Source: Methanothermus fervidus DSM 2088 (lineage in GTDB: Archaea > Methanobacteriota > Methanobacteria > DSM-2088 > Methanothermaceae). From it: a stretch of 32,000 nucleotides of DNA. Made by a program: the position numbers and the translations under genes. Location: NCBI GenBank assembly GCA_000166095.1, contig CP002278.1, forward strand, positions 120,001 to 152,000, read 5' to 3'. A model generated the notes under the pieces. That model ran no database searches, was not told where the DNA came from, and saw nothing but the letters and a program-made list of their open reading frames with translations. Below are positions 18,766 to 26,472 of this stretch, piece after piece (positions within the stretch are counted from its first letter, which is position 1; every line of letters starts with the position of its first letter).

Positions 18766-20079
18766 CTATGAATTGAATTTTCTCTTATCAATAACTCTTA
18801 CGGCCTTACCTTCACTTCTTGGTAAAGTTCCTGGTTCTACTAATGTTACATTTACTCGTAACCCTATCTCTTCATGTACAACTTTTTCAATTTTTTTCTT
18901 AATTTTTTCCATTTCTTTAACTTCATCTGAAAACAATTCAGGAGATGTTTCAACGCGAATTTCCATTTCATCTAAATAATGGGGCCTAGTTATCACAATT
19001 TGATAATGAGGTTCCAGGCCATCCACCTTTAAAAGTGCTTTCTCAATTTGTGATGGGAATACCATTACACCTCTTACCTTTATCATGTCATCAGTTCTTC
19101 CAGTTATTCTACCTATTCTTCTCAATGTCCTTCCACATTTACATTCATCATCAAGCAATGAAGTTATATCTCTTGTTCTAAATCTTATCATTGGCATTGC
19201 CTCTTTTGTCAATGTTGTAATAACCAATTCTCCTTTTTCTCCAGGTGGTAGTCTTTTCCCAGTTTTTGGATCTATTATTTCTGGATAAAAATGATCTTCA
19301 AATATATGAAGACCTGTTTTTTGCATGCATTCTTGTGCAACCCCTGGACCTATAATTTCTGTCAAACCATATATATTAAGTGCTGTCAAACCTAAACGAT
19401 TTTCAATTTTTTTTCTCATTTCTTCTGTCCACATTTCAGCTCCAAATATTCCAATTCTTAAGTTTATATCATCTAAACTTAAACCTTCTTTTTTTAAAGT
19501 CTCAGCTAAATATAACGCATAGGATGGTGTACAGGTAAGCACAGTTGTCCCAAAATCTCGCATAACTTCAATTTGTCGTTTTGTATTACCTGTAGATATT
19601 GGAATTACCATTGCTCCTATCTTTTGGGCACCATAGTGAACCCCTAAGCCACCTGTAAACAATCCATATCCATATGCATTTTGTATTAAGTCTTTGCTTG
19701 TGACTGATGCCATAGATAATGCTCTTGCCATTACTTCAGACCATATTTCAATGTCTTTCTCAGTATAACCAGCTACTGTTGGCTTACCTGTTGTACCAGA
19801 TGTTGTATGTATTTCAACAATTTCCTTTTTTGGAACTGCAAACATTCCAAATGGATATGCCTTGCGAAGATCCTCTTTTGTTGTGAAAGGTAATTTTTCT
19901 AGATCATCTAATGTTTCAATATCTTCAGGTTCTATCCCTAAACTATCAAATTTATCTTTGTAATATGGAACATTTTCATAAACTCTAACTAAAGTTTCTT
20001 CAAGTCTTTTCAACTGTAATTCTTCAAGTTCCTCTCTTTCCATAAATTCTACTTCATATTTCCAAGCCACAATGGACAC
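18766..20079 (-). CDS. Phenylacetate-CoA ligase family adenylate-forming enzyme (PaaK / F390-synthetase-like)
   Basis: 437 aa. [17 protein letters not shown]-terminal pattern, [15 protein letters not shown]-binding motif, YGLTE, and C-terminal [21 protein letters not shown]. Apparent GTG start. Confidence 0.8.
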   Translation of the reverse strand: MSIVAWKYEVEFMEREELEELQLKRLEETLVRVYENVPYYKDKFDSLGIEPEDIETLDDLEKLPFTTKEDLRKAYPFGMFAVPKKEIVEIHTTSGTTGKPTVAGYTEKDIEIWSEVMARALSMASVTSKDLIQNAYGYGLFTGGLGVHYGAQKIGAMVIPISTGNTKRQIEVMRDFGTTVLTCTPSYALYLAETLKKEGLSLDDINLRIGIFGAEMWTEEMRKKIENRLGLTALNIYGLTEIIGPGVAQECMQKTGLHIFEDHFYPEIIDPKTGKRLPPGEKGELVITTLTKEAMPMIRFRTRDITSLLDDECKCGRTLRRIGRITGRTDDMIKVRGVMVFPSQIEKALLKVDGLEPHYQIVITRPHYLDEMEIRVETSPELFSDEVKEMEKIKKKIEKVVHEEIGLRVNVTLVEPGTLPRSEGKAVRVIDKRKFNS

Positions 20080-20165
20080 TCTCCCAAAAATTTAATTATG
20101 ATAATCTTTATAAATCTCTTTTATGTAGTTTCGACACAAATATTTTATTTAGGAGGTAATATAAT

Positions 20166-20399
20166 ATGAGAGTAGTGGAAGAGATAATAGGTAAAGAGGT
20201 TCTAGATGATTCTGCGACAGTAATAGGTAAAGTTAAAGATGTTGAAATAGATATTGAAACAAATACGGTTGATGCATTGATACTTGGGAAAGGTAGTATA
20301 TCTGAAGGATTAGGGTTATCTAAGAATGAGACAATAGTGCCATATGAAATGGTTGATAAAATTGGTGATAAGATATTGTTAAAAGGAACATTGAAATAA
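20166..20399 (+). CDS. PRC-barrel domain protein
   Basis: 77 aa. IIGKEVLDDSATVIGKVKDVEIDIETNTVDALIL matches the PRC-barrel pattern. AGGAGGTAAT lies upstream of the ATG. Confidence 0.65.
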   Translation: MRVVEEIIGKEVLDDSATVIGKVKDVEIDIETNTVDALILGKGSISEGLGLSKNETIVPYEMVDKIGDKILLKGTLK

Positions 20400-20441
20400 A
20401 AATTTTTCCCATTTATTTTTTAATTTTTTGAGGGATTCTGT

Positions 20442-21122
20442 GTGGAAGTAAAAGGTATTTGCAACATTTGTGGAAATGTAGGAATACTTCATACCTGTAG
20501 GTTGTGTGGAAGACTTGTATGTGGGGAATGTTACATACCTGCAGCAGGACTTTGTAGAATATGCTACAAAAAACCAGGTAGAAGAATCAAAAATATAAAT
20601 GATAAAGACATGTTAATAAATTTATTTAAAGAAAAAAACGTTGTTAAATTTGGAAATTTCACATTATCTTCTGGAAAAAAAAGTAACTATTATATAAATG
20701 TAAAAGGAGCAATCACTTATCCAAAAATTTTAAAAATTTTAACAAACATTATAGTAAAGAAAATAAAAGATTTAGATATCCAAAAAATAGCCGGACCAGC
20801 AGTTGGTGCGATTCCAATAATTACTGCAGTATCATTGAAGGCAAATATACCATTTGTTATTATAAGAAAGAAAAAAAAGAAATATGGAACATCTAAACTT
20901 GTGGAAGGAGATCTAAGTAAGAATGATAAAGTTGTAGTGATTGAAGATGTAACAACCACAGGAAATTCATTATTGAGGTCTATTAGGATTATTGAAGATG
21001 CAGGAGCTAAAGTTGAAAGAGCAATAGTTGTTGTAGATCGTGGTGAAGGTGCAATAGAGAAATTTAAAAAAGAAGGCATCAAATTGGATGTTATTTTAAC
21101 AGCTGATGAGCTTATGGATTAA
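20442..21122 (+). CDS. pyrE: Orotate phosphoribosyltransferase with an in-frame N-terminal 8-Cys zinc-ribbon extension
   Basis: The PRT core runs from about residue 57 (MLINLFKEKNVVKFGNFTLSSGKKSNYYI; PRPP loop VVVIEDVTTTGNS). Residues 7-41 are CxxC-x8-CxxC-x4-CxxC-x7-CxxC. GTG start with GAGG 7 nt upstream. There is no stop codon between the Zn module and the PyrE core. Confidence 0.8.
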   Translation: MEVKGICNICGNVGILHTCRLCGRLVCGECYIPAAGLCRICYKKPGRRIKNINDKDMLINLFKEKNVVKFGNFTLSSGKKSNYYINVKGAITYPKILKILTNIIVKKIKDLDIQKIAGPAVGAIPIITAVSLKANIPFVIIRKKKKKYGTSKLVEGDLSKNDKVVVIEDVTTTGNSLLRSIRIIEDAGAKVERAIVVVDRGEGAIEKFKKEGIKLDVILTADELMD

Positions 21123-21124
21123 TA

Positions 21125-21628
21125 TTATTCTCTCACATGCTTGACAAAATGTCCTAATTCATCTATTATAAGGTTTACACCAAGTTTTACAGCATTTGGT
21201 GAACCAGGTAATGCAAAAATGAGAGTTTTGTTGTAAATACCAGCGGTTGAACGTGTAAGTATTACACCACTACCCAATCGTTTGTAAGATTCATATCTAA
21301 ATATTTCTCCAAAACCTTCTAATTCTTTCTCAAAAATTTCCCTTAAAGTTTCTATTGTAATATCTCTATTACTAATTCCTGTTCCTCCAGTTGTAAAAAT
21401 GACATCAACGTCATTGGCTAATTTTTTTATTAAAGATTTTAACATTTTTGAATCATCTGGGATTATATGGTATTCTTTTACAATATGTTTTTCATTCAAA
21501 GCATTTATCAATATTTTACCAGACTTATCTTGTTTTTTGTTTTTTATACTATCACTTAATGTTATAACAGCGCAAGTTACCTTCTTAGGAGCTTCTTTTT
21601 TATGCTGCAACATACTTTTAGATTTCAT
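21125..21628 (-). CDS. moaB: Molybdenum cofactor biosynthesis protein B (MoaB/MogA family)
   Basis: 167 aa. FTTGGTGISNRDIT and ALPGSPNAV motifs. Confidence 0.82.
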   Translation of the reverse strand: MKSKSMLQHKKEAPKKVTCAVITLSDSIKNKKQDKSGKILINALNEKHIVKEYHIIPDDSKMLKSLIKKLANDVDVIFTTGGTGISNRDITIETLREIFEKELEGFGEIFRYESYKRLGSGVILTRSTAGIYNKTLIFALPGSPNAVKLGVNLIIDELGHFVKHVRE

Positions 21629-21635
21629 AGTGAAA

Positions 21636-21656
21636 TTTATATAAAGAATATATAAA
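21636..21656. promoter_or_regulatory. Back-to-back palindromic TATA boxes (TTTATATA-AAGAA-TATATAAA) in the 39-bp moaB/ACT divergent spacer
   Basis: Each TATA centre lies about 25-28 nt from the ATG it faces (21628 minus, 21668 plus). Neither ATG has an SD-like sequence upstream, which suggests leaderless mRNAs. Confidence 0.45.
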
Positions 21657-21667
21657 ACATTTTAACC

Positions 21668-22099
21668 ATGACATTAAAGCAAGTATCAGTATTTTTGGAA
21701 AATAAAAGAGGTAGATTAAGGAAAGCAGTTCATGCATTAGCTAAAGCTAATATAAATATAAGAGCGTTATCAATAGCAGATACTTCAGAATTTGGAATTT
21801 TAAGGATGATAGTTACAAAACCAAAATTGGCAAAAGAAGTTCTTGAAAAAAACAATTTTGTTGCTAAATTAAACGATGTAATAGCTGTTGAAGTACCAGA
21901 TGAACCTGGTGGACTTGACTCCGTATTAAAAATACTTGAAGATGCCAAAATAAATGTTGAATATTTATATGCATTTGTAGAGAAAAAAGGTGAAAAAGCA
22001 ATTGTAGTAATAAGAATAGATGACATTGATAAAGGATTAGAAGCTTTAAATAAAGCTAATATACCGACAATTTCCGCAAAAGAAATATCCTCACTTTGA
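21668..22099 (+). CDS. ACT-domain (tandem) small-molecule-binding protein
   Basis: 143 aa. [44 protein letters not shown] is a typical ACT beta-alpha-beta start, and a second ACT-like half follows ([33 protein letters not shown]). Confidence 0.7.
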   Translation: MTLKQVSVFLENKRGRLRKAVHALAKANINIRALSIADTSEFGILRMIVTKPKLAKEVLEKNNFVAKLNDVIAVEVPDEPGGLDSVLKILEDAKINVEYLYAFVEKKGEKAIVVIRIDDIDKGLEALNKANIPTISAKEISSL

Positions 22100-22102
22100 A
22101 AC

Positions 22103-22864
22103 ATGAAATGGAAAATCTTTATCATAATTTTATTATTTGCAATTTTATTATTTTTCTACAAAAGTTCCCACATCATTAGAGAGAAGAGTAGTGGGGCAAC
22201 ACATTACACGCAAATTTATGGAGAAACGAAAATAGATGTTTATAAATTTAAGAGTGATAAAGAAGGGCCAAAAGTTGCATTTATACTTGGAATTCATCCA
22301 TATGAATGGGAAGCCCATAAGGCATTTTATGATGCAATAAAAAAATATACATCGTCTCAAAAATTTAAAGGAGAAATAGATGTTTATTGGATTCATGTTC
22401 CTGATCAATATGCTAAAAATTGGAAAGCTGGAAGAGATTTTGGAAATAGAGCTGCAAACAAATATTTAGTGCCAATGATAAAAAAAGAAAGATATTCAGC
22501 TATTTTTGATATACATAGTGGATGGGAAGGATGGCCTTATTATGGAAGGCCAAAATGGTTTATACTTCATCCACCTACAAAAGAAGGGAAATCTTTAGCT
22601 ACAAATATTACAAAAAATATCAATTGGATAAAAATACTTGGAAATTGTTCAGAAAATAAAGAATGCGTAAGTTATTGGGTTGAAATGCCTATTGCAAAAA
22701 ATAAAATACCGATAGTTATACTAGAGTGGGGATATTGTGAACCAGAGAAATTATGGATAAAATATAAAAAAGTAAATTTAAATGCGACTACTCCTGGAGA
22801 GTATGAAGACAAAGTAACACATGCACTGATTTTTTTAAATAATTTGGATAAAATAATTGGATAA
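22103..22864 (+). CDS. Membrane-anchored M14 / succinylglutamate-desuccinylase-like zinc hydrolase homolog
   Basis: N-terminal TM helix (KIFIIILLFAILLFFY). Candidate zinc ligands GIHPYEWEA (HxxE) and IFDIHSG (downstream His), in the order seen in the M14 and AstE/AspA families. Starts 3 nt after the ACT gene stop. Confidence 0.45.
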   Translation: MKWKIFIIILLFAILLFFYKSSHIIREKSSGATHYTQIYGETKIDVYKFKSDKEGPKVAFILGIHPYEWEAHKAFYDAIKKYTSSQKFKGEIDVYWIHVPDQYAKNWKAGRDFGNRAANKYLVPMIKKERYSAIFDIHSGWEGWPYYGRPKWFILHPPTKEGKSLATNITKNINWIKILGNCSENKECVSYWVEMPIAKNKIPIVILEWGYCEPEKLWIKYKKVNLNATTPGEYEDKVTHALIFLNNLDKIIG

Positions 22865-22948
22865 AACAATTAAATTTGGTTTTAAAAACTTTATATTGTT
22901 TAATTACCAAATATTTATTTGAATATGTTGTGATTGGAGATGTTAATA

Positions 22949-23194
22949 ATGGATGCTAAAAAAATTTTAGAAGATTTTAAACCTAAATTAGTTCTTGACA
23001 CTCCGTGTAACAAACCTTTCATCGTTTTTGGAGAATCTCTAGGTAAATCTTGGAGTATAAGAATTTTTGCTGACAGAGGAAAATTTATAGTTCAATGTAT
23101 TGATGGAGATGGAAATCTTTATGTAACTAAACTCACTGCAAAAGAAAGAGATGATTTTCTCTTAAACAAAGTCTTTAAAACTAAGGCACGTTAA
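22949..23194 (+). CDS. Hypothetical small protein (81 aa)
   Basis: Open frame with GGAG 9 nt upstream of ATG 22949 and a TATA-like ACTTTATATTG about 55 nt upstream. I recognise no motifs. The ORF-track start at 22934 is a TTG. Confidence 0.45.
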   Translation: MDAKKILEDFKPKLVLDTPCNKPFIVFGESLGKSWSIRIFADRGKFIVQCIDGDGNLYVTKLTAKERDDFLLNKVFKTKAR

Positions 23195-23213
23195 ATATCT
23201 AAAAAACCAAAAA

Positions 23214-23221
23214 TTTATATA
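23214..23221 (+). promoter_or_regulatory. TATA box (TTTATATA) upstream of secE and the ribosomal protein cluster
   Basis: Lies 63 nt upstream of the secE ATG. AGGTGAT SD at 23274-23280. Confidence 0.4.
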
Positions 23222-23283
23222 TAAAGAAATTACTATACAGAAAAAATATCATAGCTATTTTTTTGATTCTTTTAGGTGATTTC

Positions 23284-23463
23284 ATGAATATCAAAGAAGT
23301 GGTTTTAAAATTTACCAAAGATGCAAAAAGAGTTTTATATGTCTCAAGAAAACCTAGAAAAGAGGAATATTTAAGTGTCGCCAAAGTAACAGGACTTGGA
23401 ATAATAATAATAGGAGTAATAGGTTTTATTATAAATATGATTGTTGCTCTCATGGGTGGTTAA
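23284..23463 (+). CDS. secE: Protein translocase subunit SecE / Sec61-gamma
   Basis: 59 aa. KFTKDAKRVLYVSRKPRKEEYLSVAKVTGLGIIIIGVIGFIINMI (amphipathic region plus a single TM). Canonical position upstream of spt5/nusG. Start moved to ATG 23284, behind the SD. Confidence 0.82.
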   Translation: MNIKEVVLKFTKDAKRVLYVSRKPRKEEYLSVAKVTGLGIIIIGVIGFIINMIVALMGG

Positions 23464-23487
23464 AATTTATATAGAGAGGCTGTGTCA

Positions 23488-23940
23488 ATGAAATCAAAAA
23501 TATATGCTCTCAAGACTTCAGCAGGACAGGAAAAAAATGTTGCAAGAATGTTAACTAAAAAAGTAAAAAATAGTGATATAGATATTTCAGCCATTTTAGT
23601 GTCAGAATCATTAAAAGGATATATATTAGTTGAATCATCTTCAAAATTAGACATGAGAAACCCAATATTTCGAATGCCTCACCTAAGAGGCATTGTTGAA
23701 GGTTCTGTGAAGTTTAAAGAAATAGAAAAATTTTTAAAACCAGAACCTATAGTTACATCAATTAAGAGAGGTAGTATAGTGGAACTTATTGCTGGTCCTT
23801 TTAAAGGAGAAAGAGCAAAAGTTATCAGAGTTGATGAATCTAAGGAAGAAGTAGTTTTAGAACTTATAGAGGCCGCTGTGCCAATACCAGTAACTGTTAA
23901 GGCTGATCAAGTTAGAATAGTACAGAAGGAGGCAGACTGA
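23488..23940 (+). CDS. spt5: Transcription elongation factor Spt5 (archaeal NusG)
   Basis: NGN domain start [18 protein letters not shown] and KOW motif [22 protein letters not shown]. Start placed at ATG 23488, 8 nt after GAGAGG. Confidence 0.88.
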   Translation: MKSKIYALKTSAGQEKNVARMLTKKVKNSDIDISAILVSESLKGYILVESSSKLDMRNPIFRMPHLRGIVEGSVKFKEIEKFLKPEPIVTSIKRGSIVELIAGPFKGERAKVIRVDESKEEVVLELIEAAVPIPVTVKADQVRIVQKEAD

Positions 23941-24422
23941 TGCCTAAAGAAACAGTCGAAGTTTTAATAGAAGGTGGAAAAGCAACGCCAGGACCTCCTC
24001 TTGGACCTTCATTAGGCCCATATGGAGTTAATATAAAAGAAGTTGTCGATGAGATAAATAAGAAGACTGCTGACTTTAAAGGAATGAAAGTGCCTGTGAA
24101 AGTTATAATAGACACTGAAACAAGAGAATTTGAAATTAAGGTAGGTACACCACCAACAAGTGCACTTATAATGAATGAATTAAATATTGAAAAAGGATCT
24201 TCAGATCCAGGAGCAGAAAAGGTCGGTGACTTGTCAATTAAACAAGTTATAAAAATAGCAAAAATGAAATTTGATTCATTATTAGCTAAAGATTATAAAG
24301 CTGCTGCAAAAGAAATATTAGGAACATGTTTAAGCATGGGAGTAACGGTTGAAGGTAAAGATCCTAGAGAGGTCCAAAAAGAAATTGACGAAGGAAAATA
24401 TGATGAATTCTTTGAGGAGTAA
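23940..24422 (+). CDS. rpl11: 50S ribosomal protein L11 (uL11)
   Basis: [27 protein letters not shown] overlap with spt5. Confidence 0.92.
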   Translation: MPKETVEVLIEGGKATPGPPLGPSLGPYGVNIKEVVDEINKKTADFKGMKVPVKVIIDTETREFEIKVGTPPTSALIMNELNIEKGSSDPGAEKVGDLSIKQVIKIAKMKFDSLLAKDYKAAAKEILGTCLSMGVTVEGKDPREVQKEIDEGKYDEFFEE

Positions 24423-24443
24423 TATTACCAGTGGTGAATTAAG

Positions 24444-25085
24444 ATGGATAACGATAACATCGTAAATGCAATAAAAGAAGCAAAAAAGATAAGTAAAAAA
24501 AGAAATTTTAAAGAATCTATGGATTTAATTGTAAATCTTAAAGATGTGGACGTGAGTGATCCTGAGAAAAGATTTAACGAAGAAGTTGTTTTGCCAAAGG
24601 GTCGCGGAAAAAAAATTAAAATTGCCGTTATAGCAGATGGTGAATTAGCTATAAATGCTAAAAATGCTGGAGCAGATTTAGTAATAGATAAAGAAATGTT
24701 GGAAGAATTAGGAAAAAATCGTAGAAAGGCGAAAAAAATTGCAAAAAAATATGAATTCTTCCTTGCACAAGCAGATTTAATGCCAAGGGTAGGTAGATTC
24801 CTTGGACCAGTACTTGGACCACGAAATAAAATGCCAAAACCCGTGCCACCCAATGTAGATATAGAGCCGATAATAAAAAGATTAAGAAATACTGTGAGAA
24901 TCAGAGTGAAAGATCAGCCAGTAGTGCATACAGTTGTAGGAACTAGAGATATGGACAGTGAGGATTTAGCTGAGAATGTAAAAGCAGTGCTTAATGCAAT
25001 AAAACGTAATTTAGAAAAAGGAGAATCACAAATAGGGTCAGTGTATATTAAAACAACTATGGGACCAACAGTAAAGGTGATGTAG
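24444..25085 (+). CDS. rpl1: 50S ribosomal protein L1 (uL1)
   Basis: 213 aa. [22 protein letters not shown] and GPRNKMP motifs. GGTGA SD. Confidence 0.92.
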   Translation: MDNDNIVNAIKEAKKISKKRNFKESMDLIVNLKDVDVSDPEKRFNEEVVLPKGRGKKIKIAVIADGELAINAKNAGADLVIDKEMLEELGKNRRKAKKIAKKYEFFLAQADLMPRVGRFLGPVLGPRNKMPKPVPPNVDIEPIIKRLRNTVRIRVKDQPVVHTVVGTRDMDSEDLAENVKAVLNAIKRNLEKGESQIGSVYIKTTMGPTVKVM

Positions 25086-26087
25086 ATGGCCCATGTAGCT
25101 GAATGGAAAATAAGAGAGGTTGAAGAACTTAAAAATTTAATTGATCAATATCCTGTAATTGGTATTGCTAATTTAGTAGGTATTCCAGCCAAACAACTAC
25201 AACAGATAAGAAATAAACTAAGAGGCGAAGCTGTAATCAGAGTATCTAAAAAGACATTGATAAAAATTGCATTAGAAAAAAGTAATAAAGATGGTGTTAA
25301 AGATTTAAGTAAATATATGGAAGGTCAGGTAGCACTCATACTTACAAAGATGAATCCATTTAAATTATATAAATTACTTGATGAAAGCAAAACTCCTGCA
25401 CCAGCTAAACCTGGAGCGATAGCACCTAATGATATAGTAGTGCCTAAGTGTAATACCGGACTTGATCCAGGTCCAATATTAGGAGAATTACAACAAGCAG
25501 GAATTCCTGCTAAAATTGAAGGTGGTAAAATAGTTATAACAGATGAGACGGTAGTTGTAAAAGCTGGAGAAGAAATACCACCTAAAATCGCGGAAATATT
25601 AAACAGGTTAGATATTCAACCATTAGAAATTGGAGTAGATTTAATAGCTGTTTATGAAGATGGAGATATTTACACAGCAGATATCTTAAGTATTGATGAA
25701 GAGAAAACAATTTCCGATATACAAAAAGCATATAGGCATGCATTTAACTTATCAGTAAATGCTCCAATATATGTAAAGGAAACAATGCCTTACATATTAC
25801 AGAATGCAGCTGCTAAAGCATTTAACTTATCAGTAAATGCTGGCATAATAACTTCCAAGACAATACCTTTATTACTTTCAAAAGCATATAATCAGATGGT
25901 ATCATTGGCATCAACAATAAGTAAAATAAAAGCCGAAGCTTTAGATGAGGATTTAAGTAAAAGAATAAAACGTAAAGGTAAAGTCACTAAAAAGAAAACC
26001 AAAAAGAAAGAAAAAGAAGAAAAAGAGGAGGAGGAAGAAGAGAAAGAAGAAGAAGCAGCTGCAGGATTAGGAGCATTATTTGGATAA
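25086..26087 (+). CDS. rpl10: 50S ribosomal stalk protein L10 / P0 (uL10)
   Basis: [19 protein letters not shown] and an acidic K/E-rich tail ending [24 protein letters not shown] lies inside the rpl1 3' end. Confidence 0.92.
   Translation: MAHVAEWKIREVEELKNLIDQYPVIGIANLVGIPAKQLQQIRNKLRGEAVIRVSKKTLIKIALEKSNKDGVKDLSKYMEGQVALILTKMNPFKLYKLLDESKTPAPAKPGAIAPNDIVVPKCNTGLDPGPILGELQQAGIPAKIEGGKIVITDETVVVKAGEEIPPKIAEILNRLDIQPLEIGVDLIAVYEDGDIYTADILSIDEEKTISDIQKAYRHAFNLSVNAPIYVKETMPYILQNAAAKAFNLSVNAGIITSKTIPLLLSKAYNQMVSLASTISKIKAEALDEDLSKRIKRKGKVTKKKTKKKEKEEKEEEEEEKEEEAAAGLGALFG
25740..25763 (+). repeat. 24-nt exact direct repeat, copy 1 (GCATTTAACTTATCAGTAAATGCT) inside P0
   Basis: Identical string at 25818-25841, offset 78 nt (26 codons). 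Both copies encode AFNLSVNA. Confidence 0.9.
25818..25841 (+). repeat. 24-nt exact direct repeat, copy 2 inside P0
   Basis: See copy 1 at 25740-25763. Confidence 0.9.
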
Positions 26088-26089
26088 AA
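26031..26089 (+). repeat. 59-nt exact repeat, copy 1 (3' end of P0, including the stop and 2 nt beyond)
   Basis: GAGGAAGAAGAGAAAGAAGAAGAAGCAGCTGCAGGATTAGGAGCATTATTTGGATAAAA is identical at 26376-26434. Confidence 0.9.
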
Positions 26090-26108
26090 CAAAGAGGGGT
26101 GATGTCTC

Positions 26109-26432
26109 ATGGAATATATATATGCAGCTATGTTGTTACACAGCATTGGAAAAGAAATTAACGAAGAAAATGTAAAGAAAGTATTAGAAGCAGCAGGCGC
26201 TGAAGTAGATGAAGCTAGAGTAAAAGCATTGGTGGCTGCATTAGAAGAAGTTGACATTGATGAAGCCATTGAAAAAGCAGCAGTGGCTCCTGCACCAGCA
26301 GGAGAAGTAAAAGAAGAGAAAGAAGAAGAGGAAGAGGAGAAGGAAGAAAAAGAGGAGGAGGAAGAAGAGGAAGAAGAGGAAGAAGAGAAAGAAGAAGAAG
26401 CAGCTGCAGGATTAGGAGCATTATTTGGATAA
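26109..26432 (+). CDS. rpl12: 50S ribosomal stalk protein L12 / P1
   Basis: [30 protein letters not shown], a poly-E hinge, and the tail [24 protein letters not shown]. Confidence 0.92.
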   Translation: MEYIYAAMLLHSIGKEINEENVKKVLEAAGAEVDEARVKALVAALEEVDIDEAIEKAAVAPAPAGEVKEEKEEEEEEKEEKEEEEEEEEEEEEKEEEAAAGLGALFG

Positions 26433-26434
26433 AA
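26376..26434 (+). repeat. 59-nt exact repeat, copy 2 (3' end of P1, including the stop and 2 nt beyond)
   Basis: See copy 1 at 26031-26089. Confidence 0.9.
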
Positions 26435-26442
26435 ACTCCTCC

Positions 26443-26460
26443 TTATTTTTCTTATTTTTT
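26443..26460 (+). terminator. Oligo-T tracts (T5, T6) between rpl12 and alaS. Possible partial terminator or attenuation point.
   Basis: TTATTTTTCTTATTTTTT starts 11 nt after the rpl12 stop. Only 40 nt separate rpl12 and alaS, so alaS probably depends on read-through or on a promoter inside rpl12. Confidence 0.3.
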
Positions 26461-26472
26461 AACGTGATTTTT

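Noticed and set aside
18753-18791. 13-codon N-terminal extension of S3Ae ([13 protein letters not shown]).
   Set aside because: It would overlap the paaK-like gene's 3' end. The conserved S3Ae N-terminus starts at MARVRRRR, which has a GGTGA SD correctly spaced.
26001-26400. GAA/GAG-rich, microsatellite-like low-complexity DNA that might be taken for a repeat element.
   Set aside because: It encodes the K/E-rich and poly-E hinges of P0 and P1, a normal feature of stalk proteins. Only the 59-nt exact repeat is reported separately.
25892-26421. Minus-strand ORFs of 125 aa and 68 aa rich in Ser/Leu/Phe/Pro over the P0 and P1 tails.
   Set aside because: These are the antisense reading of GAA/GAG (poly-Glu) tracts in the stalk-protein tails, not genes.
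26425-26472. Upstream Met extension of AlaRS ([16 protein letters not shown]) in the ORF track.
   Set aside because: The extension is translated from the T-rich terminator-like spacer and overlaps the rpl12 stop. The archaeal AlaRS N-terminus (MELEKLGYKRFKCKSCG) starts at ATG 26473.
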